Notes under the pieces: generated by a model | What the model saw: the letters and a program-made list of their open reading frames with translations, nothing else | The model's database searches: none | Told to the model about the DNA's origin: nothing | Made by a program: the position numbers and the translations under genes | Virus record (IMG/VR): IMGVR_UViG_3300015608_001846 | Location: 60,001 to 88,336 of that record | DNA from: a virus | Length of the DNA: 28,336 bases | Reading direction: 5' to 3' (one strand) | In this document: piece after piece, positions 12,840 through 20,957 of the stretch | Position numbering within the stretch: position 1 is the stretch's first letter | Layout of the letters: each line of letters starts with the position of its first letter

Positions 12840-13496
12840 TTACCGGTAGCAAAGTTGATCACAGCCCAATTTGACGCAAAACTCTCTCACGTCGTAGGGT
12901 GTTGGACCATCGAGCACGTCAGCCTTGATGTATTCGCTCATCAATGAATCAAGGTGATTGACGTGTTCGAGTCCGATGCTGTGACCGAACTCATGCGCTG
13001 CCACTAACGTCCACAGCTTAGTATCTAACATGCGATCAGCGACTAACCAGGCAACGCGGTGTATCGACAGCAGCGGCGTCACTGTCATCCCTAAGACGTA
13101 CTTACCGCTTGATTCGTCCCAGTCCTTGACCTGGTCAGTGTTAGAGAACGTCTTCCGAAAGATGACAGCACGTTGTGAACGAGGAGGGTGATCAAGACTG
13201 TCTTGAGGACAACCCAACATATCCTTTGTCGATAGCTTTCGACACCACGACAGCTGGCCACCCAAGGCGATCTCCCACAGACGAATTCCATTCGTGATCT
13301 GTTTCACCTCATCAGGCGAAAACCCACGGTCAATGTAGACGCTGGTTGATACAGTCGCCTTCAATGTTTTGAAGGCGGATGTTTGATCAGTTGCAGGCGT
13401 AGGTAACGTTGCCGGGCACGTTCCTGTCAGAGTGCACCCAAACAACACAAAAACACAGACGGCCGCGGCAACGATCGTCCTACGCAGGCTTGACAC
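12840..13496 (-). CDS. Secreted lipoprotein zinc metalloprotease (metzincin, matrixin-like)
   Basis: HEFGHSIGLEH plus the downstream SLM Met-turn. N-terminal signal peptide with lipobox VLFGC. GTG start 5 nt downstream of AGGAGG. Confidence 0.8.
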   Translation of the reverse strand: MSSLRRTIVAAAVCVFVLFGCTLTGTCPATLPTPATDQTSAFKTLKATVSTSVYIDRGFSPDEVKQITNGIRLWEIALGGQLSWCRKLSTKDMLGCPQDSLDHPPRSQRAVIFRKTFSNTDQVKDWDESSGKYVLGMTVTPLLSIHRVAWLVADRMLDTKLWTLVAAHEFGHSIGLEHVNHLDSLMSEYIKADVLDGPTPYDVREFCVKLGCDQLCYR

Positions 13497-13550
13497 TTCG
13501 GCCTCCTATGAATCATAGGTAGGCTAACTGACCGGTCTTGTTGCTTTTAT

Positions 13551-13877
13551 TCAGGTCTCTTCAACGTGCTGCGAAAGACGATGTTGGATGACATCGATGT
13601 CAGTCTCAGCTGACTTAAGACGATCGATCGATGCCATCAATCGACGAACGGTCTTAGCCTTTCTCGCAGGGCGCCACTTGAAAGTGTGTTTGCGACCCAA
13701 CAACGACTCCAGCCGCGCAACTCGAGCTGTATCGTAGGCCTGCCATCGTAGCAACGTCTTAAGGCTACTACGTAGCTGATCAACGTTTTCTTTTGAAGGT
13801 TCATCAGCCAACGTTGCTTCTACCGCTTGCGTCTGTACGTACTTTTTTTCAAGCATAGCGTGATCATAACCTCTCAT
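13551..13877 (-). CDS. Hypothetical protein
   Basis: Open frame with protein-like, helix-rich composition; no motif recognised. Confidence 0.5.
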   Translation of the reverse strand: MRGYDHAMLEKKYVQTQAVEATLADEPSKENVDQLRSSLKTLLRWQAYDTARVARLESLLGRKHTFKWRPARKAKTVRRLMASIDRLKSAETDIDVIQHRLSQHVEET

Positions 13878-13882
13878 GTGGC

Positions 13883-14698
13883 CTAAGTTTCAGACCCCTT
13901 TAGCCTATTGACGCTCGTAGAAAAACTGATCGGGTCGTTGTCAAAGACGACAAACCGTCGACCCAGCTTGCGAGCTGCCATGGCTGTGGTGCCTGCGCCT
14001 GCGAAGAGGTCAATGACAACGTCACCAGGTTGCGTATGAACCTCAATCATCACTTCGTGCAAACGTTGGGTCTTTTGCGTTGGATGCACCTTGCCTTGCA
14101 TCATCTCATTGATGTCGGTCCAGACGTTGGACCGGCGATACAACGGACTCTTTGCTGGGTATTTCTTGTTGAAACCAGCGTAACCGCGCAATTCATTGAG
14201 ATACGGCACGTTGAACGTCGCCGGACGTTTAGCGCTTCCATTGACAAAATACGCACACTCCTCGCGAGTAAAGAGGTAGTTGTTCTGCACACCGTAGCCA
14301 CGGCGCTTTTTCCAGGTGATGAGATTGGCTAGCTCAAATCGACCTGCCGACTCGACTTCGGCCACGTAGCGAAAAAACGGTCGAAACCCGGGTTTGCCGA
14401 TCCCACCCCAAACGTAGAATGCACCCCCGGGAACGAGCCGAGTTTGCCACAAGCGCGTCCAGCACAACATCCAGTCGACGAATTCAACGTCTGTCGTCTT
14501 GATCTTGTCCCAGCGATTAGAGACGATGTTTCCGTACGGCGGGTCTGCAATGACGAGTGGCACTCGATCGGGTAACTGGACCCGGTTCCACACGTCATCG
14601 ATGACCTCTGGTGTTGTCGAGTCACCCAAGACGACTACGCCGTCTTTAAAAGACTCAACGTCCACTTGGTTCACACCCAAGCAACGATCGAACGTCAC
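13883..14698 (-). CDS. DNA methyltransferase, beta-class N6-adenine or N4-cytosine (motif IV before motif I)
   Basis: VIADPPYG (motif IV), then HPTQKTQRLHEVMIEVHTQPGDVVIDLFAGAGTTAMAARKLGRRFVVFDND (motif I). The start is uncertain: several GTG candidates between 14665 and 14698. Confidence 0.9.
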   Translation of the reverse strand: MTFDRCLGVNQVDVESFKDGVVVLGDSTTPEVIDDVWNRVQLPDRVPLVIADPPYGNIVSNRWDKIKTTDVEFVDWMLCWTRLWQTRLVPGGAFYVWGGIGKPGFRPFFRYVAEVESAGRFELANLITWKKRRGYGVQNNYLFTREECAYFVNGSAKRPATFNVPYLNELRGYAGFNKKYPAKSPLYRRSNVWTDINEMMQGKVHPTQKTQRLHEVMIEVHTQPGDVVIDLFAGAGTTAMAARKLGRRFVVFDNDPISFSTSVNRLKGSET

Positions 14699-14837
14699 GT
14701 TTCATGTCCTCACGGCCTTGCTGGTAGGCACGGTCGAGCATTGACAGGATGGTTTGGGCGTCCAATCTCTGGAGGCCATGGCCATCGTGCCAGGCATTGG
14801 GATCTTTGTCGTAGCAGCTTTGGGCCCACTCATTCAT
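14655..14837 (-). CDS. Hypothetical small protein
   Basis: ATG at 14837 (MNEWAQSCYDKDPNAWHDG...). Fills the gap between the metallophosphoesterase and methyltransferase genes. Confidence 0.4.
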   Translation of the reverse strand: MNEWAQSCYDKDPNAWHDGHGLQRLDAQTILSMLDRAYQQGREDMKRDVRSLLGCEPSGR

Positions 14838-14937
14838 CGGCTGCAACAGGTGGACTTGGTTGTGCGTCCAGACCCCGGGCCCTTGAAGACGTGGGTCAGG
14901 CCCAATGCTGTCATCCCCGTCTTTTCGATGAAGTATT

Positions 14938-15783
14938 TCACGGCAATTCTACCAGGCTCGCCAGCACGGGAGAACCGTACTCAGCTGCACCAACATGAAC
15001 TTCGAGGTTAGGAAGCACCTTGCCGTCATACTTTCCATGGGTGTGTCCGCATAGGACAGTGAAATGGACGTTAGGCATTGCTCGAGCTGCTGACAGCAGC
15101 ATATCACCACACAGTTTTGATGTGAACCATGGTTGCGCGTTACTGTCACCAACCTTCCCCTTGAACACATGAGATTCCTCGAAAGGAGGCACGTGTGTGG
15201 CAACAACGATGTGTTTGTGATAACGAACGGCAGCCTTGATGCCATCGGCCATGTGTTTGACGCCTTCCGACGCCAACCGTCGGATCGTCGAGATCAATGA
15301 CGAACGATCCATGATGTTGCCGTTGTTGATGAATGCCCTGCCTCCGCTGTGCTGAACCAGGTCCCGAATGTACACCCAGTCAGCCATCATGAACCGAGAG
15401 TTCAGAGCGTCACCGTTCAACGCATCGTACCAACCATCATGACCGACCAGCGCAGTCGCTGCGCTCAACGGGACGTATGACGTCGTCGCCAGGTACTTCA
15501 AGTGTTGTGATGTGTTGTTGAGTTCGTTCATCTGCTTACGAACGGTCTCAATGTCGCTAGAGTAGTAGTCGTGGTTTCCCAGCACGAAATAGATGGGTCG
15601 TTGTACGACGCGTTCCATCGCTGAGAGGTGGTAGACCAGATTTGAAGCGTTGGAAATGTCTCCCGTGATCACGATAGCTGTAGGATCGTTGACAACGAGC
15701 CCCTCAAAGAAGTTGATCAACCTCGCAGGTTGATTGATGTGATCGAGGTGACAATCGGTCGTCCATGCATACTTGCCCATCAC
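14938..15783 (-). CDS. Calcineurin-like metallophosphoesterase
   Basis: Ordered motifs DCH, ITGD, LGNHD, ATHVPP, CGHTHG. Confidence 0.85.
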   Translation of the reverse strand: MMGKYAWTTDCHLDHINQPARLINFFEGLVVNDPTAIVITGDISNASNLVYHLSAMERVVQRPIYFVLGNHDYYSSDIETVRKQMNELNNTSQHLKYLATTSYVPLSAATALVGHDGWYDALNGDALNSRFMMADWVYIRDLVQHSGGRAFINNGNIMDRSSLISTIRRLASEGVKHMADGIKAAVRYHKHIVVATHVPPFEESHVFKGKVGDSNAQPWFTSKLCGDMLLSAARAMPNVHFTVLCGHTHGKYDGKVLPNLEVHVGAAEYGSPVLASLVELP

Positions 15784-15838
15784 TCACACTCCATGTATCT
15801 TATAACTTACTTCGACTTCGAGGTTACCCTGTTAACAA

Positions 15839-16644
15839 TCACACAAACATTCCCTCGAGGGCCCCAGCAATCAATCCATTCTGGACTATGGGACGATCGT
15901 GCCAGTGTTGTTCCTGATCGATGATCGAGTTGGTGAACGTCGATCGGACGAACTTGTAACGTCCCTTGACAACACCGTCCTCTTCCCACTTGATGTACAA
16001 TCCCTCCATGTCTTCAGACATGTCTGTGTGTTCAACGACAGCTACAGGGTCTTGGCGTGATTCGAGTGCGGCTTTGATCAAGTTATCATTACGATCGTCA
16101 CTGATGAAGTTTGAGTGCGTGATCAACCGCTCAATGTCCCTCAAACAGCGGATCTTGCCTTCGTAGACGACGGGACTGGTTCGATGGCAAGGCTTCCTAA
16201 CAACTTAGGGCGAGAAGGCGTGTCAAGGAATGCAGCCGTTTCGACGTCTAGGACGTCGAACTCCATGAAGTAATGGGGCAACGCATCGTAAAACACGGTG
16301 TGCTTTGCAAACATCCATTCGCCCATGAGAACATAGCGTGTTCCCAAAATCGATCGAAATGATACCTGATGGGTCGACGCCCATTGTTTGAACAATTCGA
16401 ACTGCTTTTCACGTGGTCCTCCATGCAAATAGTGACCACGTGATTGCAGGTGAAGGATACCCTCGTCATCGAATGAGATGCCCGAATTCGATCCGTCGAT
16501 TTTTTCTTCAATGATCAAGTGCTTTCCAACAAGCTCTGTCACTGGGACAGCTTCAAGATCATGATCGTCATGTTGAAACCTCGATCCTTGAACGTGGCGC
16601 GTCCTCGGGTACTTCCACAACTTCTTTGTTGGGTTGATTTTCAC
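15839..16644 (-). pseudogene. ATP-dependent RNA ligase-family nucleotidyltransferase interrupted by a -1 frameshift; could be a pseudogene, a recoding event or a sequencing error
   Basis: Upstream frame: KYPRTRHVQGS, EKIDGSN (KxDG motif I), YVLMGEWMF (III), FMEFDVLD (IV), ...LAIEPVP then a stop at 16141. The -1 frame reads SPVVYEGKIRCLRDIERLITHSNF...EGLYIKW (V)...KFVR. The shift window is about 16141..16205, most plausibly at the CCC near 16174. Confidence 0.75.
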
Positions 16645-17360
16645 GGTGTTTTTTCCAACGCTTTAACGCTGCCAAACGATAACGTTCTCTCTGTTCGGGT
16701 GTTCGCGTTTTTCCACGTAATTTTTCACGAACATCGTCTGTGATCTTCTTGCCCTTGAGGGCATTACTGATCTTCTCACGATGATCTTTTGAAAGATTCT
16801 TGCCCCGATTCGTAGCGCCTTGTTTGAAGCGCGCCTCATCAGACAATTTGTATGATCCTCGAATCTTTCCAGACGCGACGCTGCTCAATTTAGCCTTGTG
16901 TTCATCTGACAAATGACTTCCGAGAAATCGTTTTCGAACTCGTTCTGCAATTTCAGCACCGTGACGTTTTGCAGCGTCACTTATCTTTTTTCGCGCTTCA
17001 GAACTAAAAACCCTCCCTTTGTTGGCGTTGCCATTTTCTGGCGAACTTCGAGAATGGGAGATACACCACCAAACCCTCCTCCGTTAAGGTTGTAACCATT
17101 ACCCGTACTCAATGAGTTCAATTCAGCAATGAGTCGGATTTCTTCTAAGCACGCTTCCTCAGGAGAGGGCCACTCTGAAACGATCGCAAATTCAAACGCA
17201 TCAACACCGTGTTTTTGCAACGCTCGAGCGATATATATGTCTGTCCCCCGCGGCGAGCATATGACTTATGATGATACCACCGTCGAGCAGGATTAACAGT
17301 TTGTCCAACGTAGACTTGTCCAGTCTCCTTGTTTCGAATTGTGTACACGAAAGCTTTCAC
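16568..17360 (-). pseudogene. Decayed GIY-YIG homing endonuclease gene with at least two frameshifts
   Basis: Three ORF pieces. 17145..17360: FVYTIRNKETGQVYVGQT (GIY-YIG). 16981..17220: QKHGVDAFEFAIV...EEIRLIAELN...GYNLNGGG. 16568..16912: NUMOD3 repeats SDEHKAKLSS, SKDHREKISNALKGK. The first shift is at the (AT)4 tract 17231..17238. The second is near 17040..17075, where the alternate frame reads FSSEARKKISDAAKRHG. The 3' end overlaps the RNA ligase start. Confidence 0.75.
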
Positions 17361-17383
17361 TGAACTTACCGTATACTACAAAC

Positions 17384-17609
17384 TCACTTTGTAATTTCGC
17401 TCAAGATGTCCTCCGCGACCTGCGCCGGGTCCGCAACATCCCTGATGGGCCGACCGACGACGATAAGGTACGCCAACGCCGTCCTTGACGGCCGTCAGCG
17501 CTGTCAAGCGCACGTCGACGTAGTGCATCGACTCAGCACCTGACTTCAAGATGAACGGTTTATCGGGTGGAGCATGCAGCACCGAGTTTGTGCGTAAGGT
17601 CTCCAACAC
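17384..17609 (-). pseudogene. pyrF: C-terminal remnant (about 75 codons, one frameshift) of an orotidine-5'-phosphate decarboxylase-like gene
   Basis: Frame 1: ...DKPFILKSGAESMHYVDVRLTALTAVKDGV. The +1 frame continues AYLIVVGRPIRDVADPAQVAEDILSEITK-stop. This aligns by eye with the E. coli PyrF C-terminus FKLVTPGIR...[38 protein letters not shown]. Confidence 0.4.
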
Positions 17610-17805
17610 GAGACTCTTCGGATAGTCTTCTCCTGATCACGATGTCTTCGATAGTCGATCGCTTTTCGAGCCAAGCAGTGTACTCTTCCCATGACATGCC
17701 AAGGTACTCGTGCAACGGACCCGGGTAGGTGCTGTCGTGCCAAGCATCGATCTCATCATCAATGTTGACTCGATTGCCTGACAAAGCACGTTGCATCAAG
17801 TTCAC
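17560..17805 (-). CDS. Hypothetical protein (81 aa)
   Basis: GTG start 5 nt after GAGGTG. The product contains DDEIDAWHDS...LHEYLGMSWEEYTAWLEK. The 3' end overlaps the pyrF-like remnant, so the true stop or extent is uncertain. Confidence 0.5.
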   Translation of the reverse strand: MNLMQRALSGNRVNIDDEIDAWHDSTYPGPLHEYLGMSWEEYTAWLEKRSTIEDIVIRRRLSEESRVGDLTHKLGAACSTR

Positions 17806-17814
17806 GTCATCACC

Positions 17815-18036
17815 TCAAAACTTCTCAGTCTCTGGACAACCGTCCTCATCTGCCAAAACGACATAGGTGCCGTGACTATGCCAAGTTGCAGTGAGAGGAA
17901 GCAACGGCGCACCCAAGTCATCAAACATGACAAAACCTCCATTTGCTCCACACCTAGTGCACAGCCAATGTGGGTTGACACATGTTTGACCGTCAGCAGA
18001 CAAGTCGACTTCAATCCAACGATGGTTCAAGATCAT
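17815..18036 (-). CDS. Hypothetical Cys-containing small protein
   Basis: ATG at 18036 (MILNHRWIEVDLSADGQTCVNPHWLCTRCG...). More protein-like than the alternative ORF 17802..18014. Confidence 0.4.
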   Translation of the reverse strand: MILNHRWIEVDLSADGQTCVNPHWLCTRCGANGGFVMFDDLGAPLLPLTATWHSHGTYVVLADEDGCPETEKF

Positions 18037-18613
18037 TTGTTCTCTCGCGGTGGGCCTTGATGAGGCTAATTGCATGTTCCCAAGACGTTGTTCGCACAAC
18101 ACCTGAAGCTGTCAGGTCGACGTTCCGGTTGTAGGGAGCGTCCCACAGCAATGCTAAGCCATCAGGCCAGTGTTGTTTCCACTTGACACAGTGTTCATCC
18201 GAATCATCGATGAAAACGTCGCCACAGACGTAGTGCTTGCCTTCCGTGTGAACAATGCGTGACTTCGGAATGTTGAAATGTTGGTTCAACCACAAGGTCC
18301 TTTCGTACGACCAGTGTGGTGCCGTCATGGGCGACGTAACGATGACAACTTCACCCAATGATTCGAGGCATGACATTGCTGTCTGCGCCTCTGGGTACGC
18401 CAAAAAGTTGGCACACCAACCTGACTTCGCCTGTTCTTCTTTTGCTAGGTGTTTTAGGTGAGATTTACCGACGATGGTGAAAAGGTCCCAATGCGTCACT
18501 TCTTCGTGGGTGTGTCGATCGCCAGTCTCTCGTTCGATCAGATCGAAACACGCAGAGCAATAATCTGCAAGGAGACCGTCACAGTCGACAAGGATCCGAA
18601 AACGTCTGTTCAC
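18011..18613 (-). CDS. 5'(3')-deoxyribonucleotidase (NT5C-type HAD phosphatase)
   Basis: ILVDCDGLLADY (DxD nucleophile motif), VVIVTSP, WLNQHF, GDVFIDDSDEH. The layout is typical of the NT5C family. Confidence 0.7.
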   Translation of the reverse strand: MNRRFRILVDCDGLLADYCSACFDLIERETGDRHTHEEVTHWDLFTIVGKSHLKHLAKEEQAKSGWCANFLAYPEAQTAMSCLESLGEVVIVTSPMTAPHWSYERTLWLNQHFNIPKSRIVHTEGKHYVCGDVFIDDSDEHCVKWKQHWPDGLALLWDAPYNRNVDLTASGVVRTTSWEHAISLIKAHRERTNDLEPSLD

Positions 18614-18643
18614 GCCTAAAACTACAACGCTTGCACGACAAGT

Positions 18644-18886
18644 TCAAACCTCGAGCACTCTTGCTGTGCCGGTTCGAGTATCGAATTCCACAACAATCAA
18701 TTCTTCGTGTTTGACGTACTTCGAAACGACGCTGTGCAATTGATCCTGGATCTGTTCCCGAAATCGATCTAGTTCCCAATCTTTAGCCTCGGGAACTAGG
18801 CACACGTTGTCCATCTCTTCGTCAACGATCTCATCGATCGTTTGCTGGACCGCGTCAGGAGACTTAAACGTCACTGTGAATTTCAT
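18644..18886 (-). CDS. Hypothetical acidic protein (80 aa)
   Basis: Clean ATG ORF on the coding strand; no motif recognised. Confidence 0.55.
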   Translation of the reverse strand: MKFTVTFKSPDAVQQTIDEIVDEEMDNVCLVPEAKDWELDRFREQIQDQLHSVVSKYVKHEELIVVEFDTRTGTARVLEV

Positions 18887-18937
18887 GGTTCTTCACCGTT
18901 CCCAATCGCACGCCGTGCATCGCTCAACAAAGGCAGA

Positions 18938-19861
18938 CTAAAAAGAACCAGGTTGGACCTGAAAACACGCCAATCCCATCCGGCGCCATTCATCAACGAC
19001 CTGATTACGATCATCAAGGACAAACAGCACGTTGTACCTACCTGCAACATGGGCATCGAAAAGCTCACGCTTGACGATGCTGTCCTTGCGCTGGTCTCCC
19101 TCGGGCCGCATGTGAAGCTCGTACGGGATGACGACGTCCTTGAACTGACAATGCTTCTCGATGAACCTGACCGTCTGTTCACGGTACTTGGCATCGCGGC
19201 CCGACATGAAGACGATCTTGACGTCCTGGGCGTGCATCGCCAGGACGCAAGCGATGACCGCCTTGTTCGGGAGATCGACCTCATCGCATCGACTGGCGTC
19301 GTACGGCGAACGGTCGCCCATCAGCGCCAGCGTACCGTCAAGGTCACACATGATCGCCCGAGGCAACGATTCATCCTGATCGATCGATCGGAATCCATCA
19401 CGAGGCGCGTAGTACGTCTCCGAATCCTTGAGTGACCGGCCCTTGTCGAGACCAGCAGCAAGGGCCATGCCGTAGATGACCTTGTCAGGGACCCGAGCGG
19501 CGCCCGTACGAAGGGCGTTCCGACGCAGGCACTCTTCGACAGGGACGTTGAAGGCCTTTTGGATCAGCTTGACGTCCCCGATCGATTCAGCGAACCGGTG
19601 CAGCTTCTTGACTGTCGTCGGCACGAGGTGGGTGTCATCAAGGATGACATCGTACCCCGACTCGAGGGCCGTCTTCAGGAGCTGCTCCTTCGCCTGGCGA
19701 ACGTAATCCTCGTTCGCCTTGCTGTAGGTGCCCCCAACCATCGCACGAAGGTCATCACGATTGATGCGCTTCCAACGATCGGGTTCGCGCTCAAGCAATG
19801 CGCGAGCGTAGGTCGACTTGCCGCTAGCGGGCAATCCTTGGGTGATGATGACAGTTCTCAT
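18938..19861 (-). CDS. pnk: Polynucleotide 5'-kinase/3'-phosphatase (T4 Pnk/PseT-like)
   Basis: N-terminal P-loop GLPASGKST. C-terminal HAD phosphatase CDLDGTLA ... FMSGR ... LDDRNQVVDEWRRMGLACFQV. ATG 19861 overlaps the upstream stop (ATGA). Confidence 0.85.
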   Translation of the reverse strand: MRTVIITQGLPASGKSTYARALLEREPDRWKRINRDDLRAMVGGTYSKANEDYVRQAKEQLLKTALESGYDVILDDTHLVPTTVKKLHRFAESIGDVKLIQKAFNVPVEECLRRNALRTGAARVPDKVIYGMALAAGLDKGRSLKDSETYYAPRDGFRSIDQDESLPRAIMCDLDGTLALMGDRSPYDASRCDEVDLPNKAVIACVLAMHAQDVKIVFMSGRDAKYREQTVRFIEKHCQFKDVVIPYELHMRPEGDQRKDSIVKRELFDAHVAGRYNVLFVLDDRNQVVDEWRRMGLACFQVQPGSF

Positions 19862-20439
19862 TCGTTGTTCCTCGACAGTGCCTTGCATAGACGTTCAAGC
19901 ACGTCTAGATCTACGCCAGTGATGTATAAGGTCACTGACCCCTCATCAGCTGCAAAGACAGCAACGTTCTTTAGGTTGAATCTGGTGACGACGGCGTTCG
20001 ATTTGGCGACTTGAGCGTTGCACCTTTCATCATGTTCGAACTTCAAGCGTTGACGTTCTAGCCTCTGTTCAGCTGCGGCTGCCAGCGTTGCCCGGTGTTC
20101 TGACGCCCTGACGACCCATGCTGCGACGTTCATAGCACACCAGCGGCCGCGTCGGCGGACGGGCAGGACCACTGGGTGAGCGTCAGGACGATCAAGCGAC
20201 AACGTGCCATCAGCGATCCGGACACGCGTTGAGTGCCCGTTGACAGACAACGTCTGCCACTCTTTGTCTGACTCCAGAGGGCCTAGAGAAAACTCGTAGC
20301 CCAATGCGGATAGGTGTCCTAACAACCAGTTGCGAGTGTTTCTAGAGACCTCTTCTAGCCTGCAGGGACCAACACGCGATGAACTAGCCACTGGAATACG
20401 TGCCTTCTGGTTCGTTGGTTCGTCTTTAACGACTACCAC
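19858..20439 (-). CDS. Hypothetical protein (193 aa)
   Basis: Long open frame on the coding strand, GTG start; no motif recognised. Confidence 0.5.
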   Translation of the reverse strand: MVVVKDEPTNQKARIPVASSSRVGPCRLEEVSRNTRNWLLGHLSALGYEFSLGPLESDKEWQTLSVNGHSTRVRIADGTLSLDRPDAHPVVLPVRRRGRWCAMNVAAWVVRASEHRATLAAAAEQRLERQRLKFEHDERCNAQVAKSNAVVTRFNLKNVAVFAADEGSVTLYITGVDLDVLERLCKALSRNNE

Positions 20440-20454
20440 ACCTACGTAGCAATT

Positions 20455-20922
20455 TCACCGACGAGAACACAGCTCGAGCGGCCAAAACGTACCGAAGATG
20501 CGGTCCCAAAAGAAGACCAGCATACCGAAATTGACGTTGTGATCGGCGTGATGCGCCATGTGCAACTGTCGGATGTCACGCAACGAACCAGCAGCGTTCC
20601 TGTGGAACGCTGCATGCAGCATATCGTGCGAGATCCCGTAGGTTAGCATCATCACCACAAACATTTCGATCGTCGACGGAACCACGAACGGAGCAACCAC
20701 TGCAACAACGACGACTGTTACGACGAGCGCCGGGAGGGTGAACAACAGGCCACCGAACCACCGTTCGATAAATCGAAGCCTGGTTCGAACTCTCAACCCT
20801 CCCCGGTGGTGCTGCATGTGCATGCGGTGCAACGGCCCCATCACTCGATGATGCAACGCACGATGGATCAAGTAACCCAACAGGCTGATGATGACCCACA
20901 AGGTGACAAGCGTCGACAACAT
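20455..20922 (-). CDS. Fatty acid hydroxylase/sterol desaturase-superfamily membrane di-iron protein (short form), paralog 2
   Basis: Histidine boxes HRALHH, HMQHH, HDMLHAAFH, HMAHHADH. C-terminal NFGMLVFFWDRIFGTF. Hydrophobic segments. Confidence 0.7.
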   Translation of the reverse strand: MLSTLVTLWVIISLLGYLIHRALHHRVMGPLHRMHMQHHRGGLRVRTRLRFIERWFGGLLFTLPALVVTVVVVAVVAPFVVPSTIEMFVVMMLTYGISHDMLHAAFHRNAAGSLRDIRQLHMAHHADHNVNFGMLVFFWDRIFGTFWPLELCSRR

Positions 20923-20957
20923 TGTGTTACAGTCTTAAAACAAGACCAACGACAGTT

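Noticed and set aside
17802-18014. 70-aa minus-strand ORF whose ATG forms an ATGA overlap with the NT5C gene stop
   Set aside because: Its product (MKSTCLLTVKHVSTHIGCALGVEQ...) is Cys/Leu/Arg-rich and unlike the other proteins here. The overlapping frame 17815..18036 gives a more protein-like acidic product. Confidence in either is low.
18842-19435. 197-aa plus-strand ORF and the 133-aa minus ORF 18883..19284
   Set aside because: Both overlap the Pnk gene, whose frame carries the P-loop and HAD motifs. They are alternative-frame and antisense shadows.
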